DNA of 32,000 bases, taken from Rhodobacter capsulatus SB 1003 (GTDB lineage: Bacteria; Pseudomonadota; Alphaproteobacteria; Rhodobacterales; Rhodobacteraceae). The notes beneath the pieces are model-generated. The model saw only the letters and a list, made by a program, of their open reading frames with translations. It did no database searches and had not been told where the DNA came from. Made by a program: the position numbers and the translations under genes. Below are positions 26,076-32,000 of the stretch, one piece after another (positions within the stretch are counted from its first letter, which is position 1; every line of letters begins with the position of its first letter). Where the stretch lies: NCBI RefSeq assembly GCF_000021865.1, contig NC_014034.1, positions 1,470,001 through 1,502,000 of the forward strand. The letters are read 5' to 3'.

Positions 26076-27098
26076 ATGAAAAAGGCCATCGTCCTTGCCC
26101 TGTCCTGCCTTGTGGCGGGCACGGCTGCCCGGGCCGAGGAGACCCTCGCGCTGTACAACTGGGGCGACTACATCAACCCCGCCGTGCTGACGAAATTCAC
26201 CGAGGAAACCGGCATCAAGGTCACGCTCGACACCTATGCGGCGAACGAGGAGATGCTGGCGAAGATCCAGGCGGGGGCTGCGGGCTATGACATCGTCTTC
26301 CCCTCGGTCTGGATGCAGGACATCATGGTGAAGCTTGACCTGCTGGAACAGACCAACATCAACGCCGATCCGGCCTTTGCCAATATCGACCCGGCCTTCC
26401 TGCGATCAATGGAAGACCCGCAAAGCAGCTACTGCCTGCCCTATGCCTGGGGCACGGTCGGCATCTTCTACAACGAAAAGGTGACCGGCCCGATCACGGG
26501 ATGGGAGGATTTCTTCGCCATTCCGCAAAAGACCGGCCAGAAGATCACGCTTCTGGATGACATGCGCGAGGTGCTGGGCATGGGGCTGATCATGACCGGC
26601 CATTCGGTCAATTCGACCGATCCGGCCGAGCTGAAAGAGGCCGCCGATTACGTCACCGCGCACAAGGCGGAGGTGACCGCCTTCACCTATGAATCGATGC
26701 CGCTGCTGCTCTCGGGCGATGTGGCGGCCGCGCATTACTTCGTCGGCGGCAACATGTTCTTCGTCGATCATCCCGAGATCAAATACATCATCCCGAAGGA
26801 AGGCGCGACGATGTATCAGGAAAACATCTGCGTGCTGAAGGACGCGCCGCACAAGGCCGCGGCGCAGAAATTCCTGCAGTTCTACCTGCGCCCCGAGATC
26901 GCCGCGCTGAACGTCTCGCAGCAGTTCAACGGCACGCCGAACCGCCCGGCAAATGACCTGACGCCCGATTTCATCAAGTCGAACCCGAACATCAACGTGC
27001 CCGCCGAGACGATGGCGCGGCTGCAGATCTTTGCCGATCTGGGCAAGGCGCTGAAGCTTTACGACCGCGCCTGGAACGCGATCCGCACGGCGCAGTGA
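26076..27098 (+). CDS. Polyamine-type (PotF/PotD-like) ABC substrate-binding protein
   Basis: The signal is MKKAIVLALSCLVAGTAARA|EE. The sequence LALYNWGDYINPAVLTKFTEETGIKV..GYDIVFPS is the classic PotD/PotF N-terminal signature. Confidence 0.9.
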   Translation: MKKAIVLALSCLVAGTAARAEETLALYNWGDYINPAVLTKFTEETGIKVTLDTYAANEEMLAKIQAGAAGYDIVFPSVWMQDIMVKLDLLEQTNINADPAFANIDPAFLRSMEDPQSSYCLPYAWGTVGIFYNEKVTGPITGWEDFFAIPQKTGQKITLLDDMREVLGMGLIMTGHSVNSTDPAELKEAADYVTAHKAEVTAFTYESMPLLLSGDVAAAHYFVGGNMFFVDHPEIKYIIPKEGATMYQENICVLKDAPHKAAAQKFLQFYLRPEIAALNVSQQFNGTPNRPANDLTPDFIKSNPNINVPAETMARLQIFADLGKALKLYDRAWNAIRTAQ

Positions 27099-27102
27099 TC
27101 CG

Positions 27103-28175
<1,073 letters not shown>

Positions 28176-28179
<4 letters not shown>

Positions 28180-29057
28180 CCCACCGCGACCGGCTGCATC
28201 TTTGGGGCCTGCTCGGCCCGGTGACGCTCTTCCTCGGGGTCTTCTTCCTGATCCCGCTTCTGACCATCGCGGTCTATTCCGTCCTGACGCCCGGGCTTTA
28301 CGGCGGCGTGGACTGGGCCTTTTATCACTGGAACTACGGGCGCATCTTCGGCTGGGCCGATGGCATCGACGAGGTGTTCGAGCCGGTCTATCTGCAGATC
28401 CTTGCCCGCTCGCTTGGTCTCGCCTTGACGACCGTCCTGCTGTGCCTTGCGATCTGCTATCCGGTCGCCTTCTGGGTCGCGAAGCTGCCGCAACGCTGGC
28501 GGATGCTGTTTCTGTTCCTGATCGCGCTGCCCTTCTTTGCCAGCCTGATCGTGCGGCTTTACGCCTGGCTTCTGATCCTGAAACCCTCGGGGCTTCTGAA
28601 CACCGTGCTGCTGGCGACGGGGCTGATCTCGGACCCGCTCGACCTGCTTTACACCCCCTTCGCGGTGGTGCTGGGCATGGTCTATATCTTCCTGCCCTTC
28701 ATGTTCCTGCCGCTTTTCGCCGCCATCGACACGCTGGATGCCGCGCTGATCGAGGCTTCGGCCGATCTGGGCGCGAATCCCTGGCAGACGTTTCTGAAGG
28801 TGATCTTCCCGATGACGCTGCCCGGGGTCGTCGCCGGATCGGTGATCGTCTTCATCCCGGCCGTCGGCAATTTCATCGTGCCGGACATTCTGGGCGGCGC
28901 CAAGGGGCTGATGACCGGCAACCTGATCGAGCAGCAATTCCTGTCCTCGCGCAACTGGCCCTTTGGCTCGGCGCTTGCCATGGTGGTGATGGCGGTGGTG
29001 CTGGGCGCGCTGACGATCTTTGCGACGCGGGCGAAAAAGGCGGGGGGTGCGGCATGA
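28176..29057 (+). CDS. Polyamine-type ABC permease (PotB/PotH-like)
   Basis: The start overlaps the upstream stop (ATGA). The EAA loop reads LIEASADLGANPWQTFLKVIFPMTLPG, and there are six TM spans. Confidence 0.9.
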
Positions 29058-29881
29058 AACGTCCTTTCCTGACGCTGTTCGCGCTGGGCTTCTTTGCCTT
29101 CCTTTACGTGCCGCTTTTTGTCATCATCGGCTATTCCTTCAACGCCAACCCGGTCAACATGCTGATCTGGGACGGATTTACGCTCGACTGGTATCGTGGC
29201 CTGCTGGGCCTTGGCACGCCCGCGCTTGATGCGCAAAACCGCGGCATCTACATCGAAAGCACGCCGCAACTGCTGGCGGCGCTGAAAAACTCGCTGATCG
29301 TCGCCGGTTCGACCACGGTGATCTCGACCCTCTTCGGCACCTCGCTCGCCCTTGCGCTGGCGCGGTTTCAGTTTCGCGCCAAACCGCTTTACACGGGCGG
29401 GCTGATGCTGCCGATCATGATGCCCGATATCGTGCTGGGCATCGGGCTTCTGATCTTCTTCTCGACGATCGGCCTCAGGCTCTCGCTCCTGACCATCGTG
29501 CTTGGCCAATGCACCTTCCTGACGTCTTATGTCTGCATCACCGTGCAGGCGCGGCTGGCCGGGCTTGACCCGGCGCTTGAGGAAGCCTCGGCCGATCTGG
29601 GCGCCAATGCCTGGACGACCTTTCGCAAGGTGACGCTGCCGCAACTGGCCCCCGGACTGCTGGGCGGCGCGCTTCTGGCCTTCATCATCTCGATGGATGA
29701 TCTTGTGATCACCTATTTCATCTCCGGCACCGGCTCGCAGACCCTGCCGATCTACATCTTCGGCATGATCCGGCGCGGCGTGAAGCCCGAGATCAATGCC
29801 ATCGCAACCCTCATCATCCTTGCCTCCATGCTGGTCGCGGCCCTCGGGCTGTGGCTGCGCGCGCGGCAAGATCGGAGCTGA
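29054..29881 (+). CDS. Polyamine-type ABC permease (PotC/PotI-like)
   Basis: The ATG at 29054 overlaps the upstream stop (ATGA). The EAA loop reads LEEASADLGANAWTTFRKVTLPQLAPG. The first 284 aa of track ORF 28202..29881 are an out-of-frame overlap of the preceding gene. Confidence 0.9.
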   Translation: MKRPFLTLFALGFFAFLYVPLFVIIGYSFNANPVNMLIWDGFTLDWYRGLLGLGTPALDAQNRGIYIESTPQLLAALKNSLIVAGSTTVISTLFGTSLALALARFQFRAKPLYTGGLMLPIMMPDIVLGIGLLIFFSTIGLRLSLLTIVLGQCTFLTSYVCITVQARLAGLDPALEEASADLGANAWTTFRKVTLPQLAPGLLGGALLAFIISMDDLVITYFISGTGSQTLPIYIFGMIRRGVKPEINAIATLIILASMLVAALGLWLRARQDRS

Positions 29882-29884
29882 CCC

Positions 29885-30943
29885 ATGACCAAACCCCGCG
29901 CCCGCGATCTGGGCCTGCCGTTTCCGGGCACCCCCGGCCCCTGCAACGCGATCACCGACGTTCCCGGCGTCGAGGTCGGCTTTTGCACCCTGACCGACCC
30001 GGCGCAAAGCCTGCGCACCGGCGTCACCGCGATCTTGCCGCGCGGGCGGGCGCCCGAGCCGGTGCCGGTCATGGCCGGGCATTATGCGCTCAATGGCAAT
30101 GGCGAGATGACCGGCACGCATTGGATCGACGATGCGGGCTATTTCCTTGGCCCGGTCCTGATCACCAACACCCATGCGGTGGGCGCCTGCCATACCGCCG
30201 CCGTGCAATGGATGATCGAGAGCTGGCCCGCGCATTTCCGCGCCCATGCCTGGGCGATGCCGGTGGTGGCGGAAACCTATGACGGCGTGCTGAATGACAT
30301 CACCCGGCTGGCCGTGACGCCGGGTCACGCCCGCGCCGCGCTCGATGCCGCCGCGCCCGGCCCGGTGGCCGAGGGCTCGAGCGGCGGCGGCAACGGCATG
30401 ATCGCCTATGAATTCAAGGGCGGCACCGGCACCGCCTCGCGCCGGGTTTCGGTGGGCGGCGACTGGACGGTGGCGGCGCTCGTGCAGGCGAATTTCGGCC
30501 TCCGGCCCTGGCTTTCGGTGCTGGGCAAGCCGGTCGGCCAGATCCTGACCGAAGACCGGCTGATCGAGACCGAGACCGGCTCGATCATCGTCATCCTTGC
30601 CACCGATGCACCGCTGTCTGCCCTGTCGCTGCGCGCGCTGGCCAAACGCGCGGCGCTGGGGATTGGCCGTTCGGGCACGGTCGGAGGCAACAGTTCGGGG
30701 GATATTTTCCTCGCGTTTTCAACCGCCAATCCGCAGCCGATGGCGGCACGGACCGAAAAGCTGCGGACGGTGACCGAACTCAACCCCGAACATCTCGACC
30801 CGATCTATCAGGCCGCGGTCGAGGCGGTGGACGAAGCGGTGATCAATGCGCTTGTGGCGGGCGAAGACGTGGCGACGGTGAACCCGCCCGGCAAGATCTG
30901 CCGCGCCATCGACTGCGCGGCGCTGCACCGGATCTTTCGTTAG
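29885..30943 (+). CDS. DmpA/BapA-family (peptidase S58, Ntn-hydrolase) aminopeptidase
   Basis: Family landmarks are PGP.NAITDVPGV.VG, ALNGNGEMTG and ETG|SIIVILATDAPL (probable autoprocessing Gly232|Ser233). The gene starts 3 nt after the permease stop. Confidence 0.85.
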   Translation: MTKPRARDLGLPFPGTPGPCNAITDVPGVEVGFCTLTDPAQSLRTGVTAILPRGRAPEPVPVMAGHYALNGNGEMTGTHWIDDAGYFLGPVLITNTHAVGACHTAAVQWMIESWPAHFRAHAWAMPVVAETYDGVLNDITRLAVTPGHARAALDAAAPGPVAEGSSGGGNGMIAYEFKGGTGTASRRVSVGGDWTVAALVQANFGLRPWLSVLGKPVGQILTEDRLIETETGSIIVILATDAPLSALSLRALAKRAALGIGRSGTVGGNSSGDIFLAFSTANPQPMAARTEKLRTVTELNPEHLDPIYQAAVEAVDEAVINALVAGEDVATVNPPGKICRAIDCAALHRIFR

Positions 30944-31024
30944 GCAAGAAAGAGCCATCCCCCTCGCAACGGGCGGAAACCGGAACCGCCCCGGGTTTGC
31001 CGGAGGCTGATTTGGGTTGGTGAC

Positions 31025-31255
31025 GCGGCCATGGCTTCAGTTTCCAAAGCAGCATGGAAGTTTGCTTCTGCCTCGGCGGGCGGAATGGTCCCGATCGGCT
31101 CGAGCAGGCGGCGGTTGTTGAACCCGTCGACCCATTCCAGCGTTGCCTATCCACCGCCTCGAAGCTGCGCCATGGGCAGCGACGATGGGTGACCGGTTCG
31201 GCGCATCAAGACCGCAGTCCGCAGGCGACGGCCCGTCCCCCATCGAAAGGGGGAA
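31025..31255 (-). pseudogene. Remnant of the 3' end of an IS3-family transposase (OrfB/rve C-terminus), frameshifted and stop-interrupted
   Basis: My own minus-strand translation gives ..AEPVTHRRCPWRSFEAVD in one frame. After a 1-nt frame change and an in-frame TAG (31147-31149) it continues ATLEWVDGFNNRRLLEPIGTIPPAEAEANFHAALETEAMAA. This matches the conserved IS3 OrfB tail (..PWRS.E.VE.ATLEWVDWFN.RRLLEPIG.IPPAEAE..YY). No N-terminal part and no inverted repeats were identified. Confidence 0.65.
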
Positions 31256-31270
31256 CAACCTGATGACATC

Positions 31271-31960
31271 TCACAGCGACCGCTCCCCGGCGTTCTCGAT
31301 GGCGATGCGGATGAGGTCGTTCAGGCCGCGCGCCGCCAGCTTCCTTTTCAGGGCCGCGCTGGTGTTGGCCGCCGTCTTGTAGCTGACGTTCAGCTCTGTG
31401 GCGATCCGCGTCAGGTCGAGCCCGTCCCCCAGCCGGAACAGCACGGTGCGTTCCCGCGGTGTCAGCCCGGCAAGCGGGCTCTCCGCGGTCAGGCCGCGCC
31501 GCGTCACAAGGCGCATCGCCGTGTCGTGGTCAAGCCAGACCTCGCCGCGCGTGATCGCGGCGACGGCGGCGCGGAAACTGGCGGGCGGGGCGTTCTTCGA
31601 CAGGAAGCCATGCGCCCCCTGTTCCAGCACGCGCGCCGCAAAAGCGGGGCGGTCGTTCATCGTGAAGACGAGAATGTGCAGCCCCGGGCAGGCCCGCAGC
31701 AGCGGCGCGATGCTCTCCATCCCGCCCGCCTCCGGGAGGTTGAGATCGAGCACCGCCAGATCCGGCTGGCGGCTGCGCGCCAGGGCGAGGCCTTCCTCGG
31801 CGGAACTGGCGGTCAGGATCTCGTCGAACCCGGCGTCGGCCAGCATCTGCCGACAGCCGAGGTGAATCATCGGGTGATCATCAATCACCAGCCCGCAGCG
31901 CGGAAGCGGCGCGCAAAGATCGCCCGCCTGGCCGGAGGCCATTCGCAAGGGATGTGCCAT
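31271..31960 (-). CDS. Two-component response regulator, NarL/FixJ (LuxR-type HTH) family
   Basis: The REC domain reads LVIDDHP..DLAVLDLNLPEAGG..ILVFT..GAHGFLSK and the LuxR HTH reads LTPRERTVLFRLGDGLDLTRIATELNVSYKTAANTSAALKRKL. The start is uncertain: the ATG at 31960 directly follows GGGAGGAGAG, with alternatives at 31972 and 31942. No kinase gene lies inside the window. Confidence 0.85.
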   Translation of the reverse strand: MAHPLRMASGQAGDLCAPLPRCGLVIDDHPMIHLGCRQMLADAGFDEILTASSAEEGLALARSRQPDLAVLDLNLPEAGGMESIAPLLRACPGLHILVFTMNDRPAFAARVLEQGAHGFLSKNAPPASFRAAVAAITRGEVWLDHDTAMRLVTRRGLTAESPLAGLTPRERTVLFRLGDGLDLTRIATELNVSYKTAANTSAALKRKLAARGLNDLIRIAIENAGERSL

Positions 31961-32000
31961 CTCTCCTCCCATCGACCGCGGTCCTGGCTCTGGCGGCGGT

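Noticed and set aside
28202-29053. Apparent 559-aa fusion ORF 28202-29881, considered as a possible fused permease or programmed frameshift.
   Set aside because: Its first 284 codons are an alternative frame of the PotB/H-like gene and are Arg/Gly/Pro-rich with no TM helices. The real PotC/I-like gene starts at the ATGA overlap at 29054.
30843-31263. Track ORFs 30843-31154(-), 31037-31258(-) and 31054-31263(+), considered as real genes.
   Set aside because: They are alternative frames across the decayed IS3 transposase tail. Homology hops between frames, which indicates a pseudogene rather than intact small genes.
31398-31865. 155-aa plus-strand ORF antisense to the response regulator.
   Set aside because: The product is Ser/Arg/Ala-rich. 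The minus frame encodes clear REC and LuxR-HTH domains.

Overview
High-GC (about two-thirds G+C), strongly GC3-biased segment that looks like an alphaproteobacterial (Rhodobacteraceae-like) chromosome; the taxonomy is inferred from composition and gene content only. I support about 31 protein genes, and found no rRNA, tRNA or CRISPR. Housekeeping anchors are glutamine-dependent NAD synthetase (nadE), UDP-glucose 6-dehydrogenase, UvrB and an NDUFS4-like complex I accessory protein. The rest looks accessory. (i) A secreted protein has 18-19 MORN repeats and a polyproline tail. (ii) A RAYT-like (REP-associated HUH/Y1 transposase) gene keeps the HUH motif but has no Tyr at the expected nucleophile position. 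(iii) There are three uptake operons. One is a family-1 SBP ABC system (4641-8512). One is a TRAP system (9800-12712) co-operonic with a glutamine-synthetase-like gamma-glutamyl ligase, an aldehyde dehydrogenase and an Fe-alcohol dehydrogenase. One is a PotFGHI-type ABC system (26076-29881) coupled to a DmpA/S58 aminopeptidase. The last two each face a divergent RpiR/MurR regulator. (iv) A reduced YjbH-YjbF (GfcD/GfcB-like) outer-membrane polysaccharide module sits next to ugd and a tiny secreted Ser/Thr/Ala-rich peptide. (v) The right edge carries a degraded IS3-family transposase remnant and a LuxR-type response regulator. The best candidates for undescribed biology are the TRAP/GS-like/ALDH/ADH cluster, the Pot-type/DmpA cluster, the two-gene YjbHF module, the Tyr-less RAYT and a 130-bp nested palindrome at 8517-8646. 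Nearly every real gene is shadowed by a long antisense or out-of-frame ORF, which is a high-GC artefact; these were rejected. All functional calls rest on motif and family recognition by eye; no database search was run.
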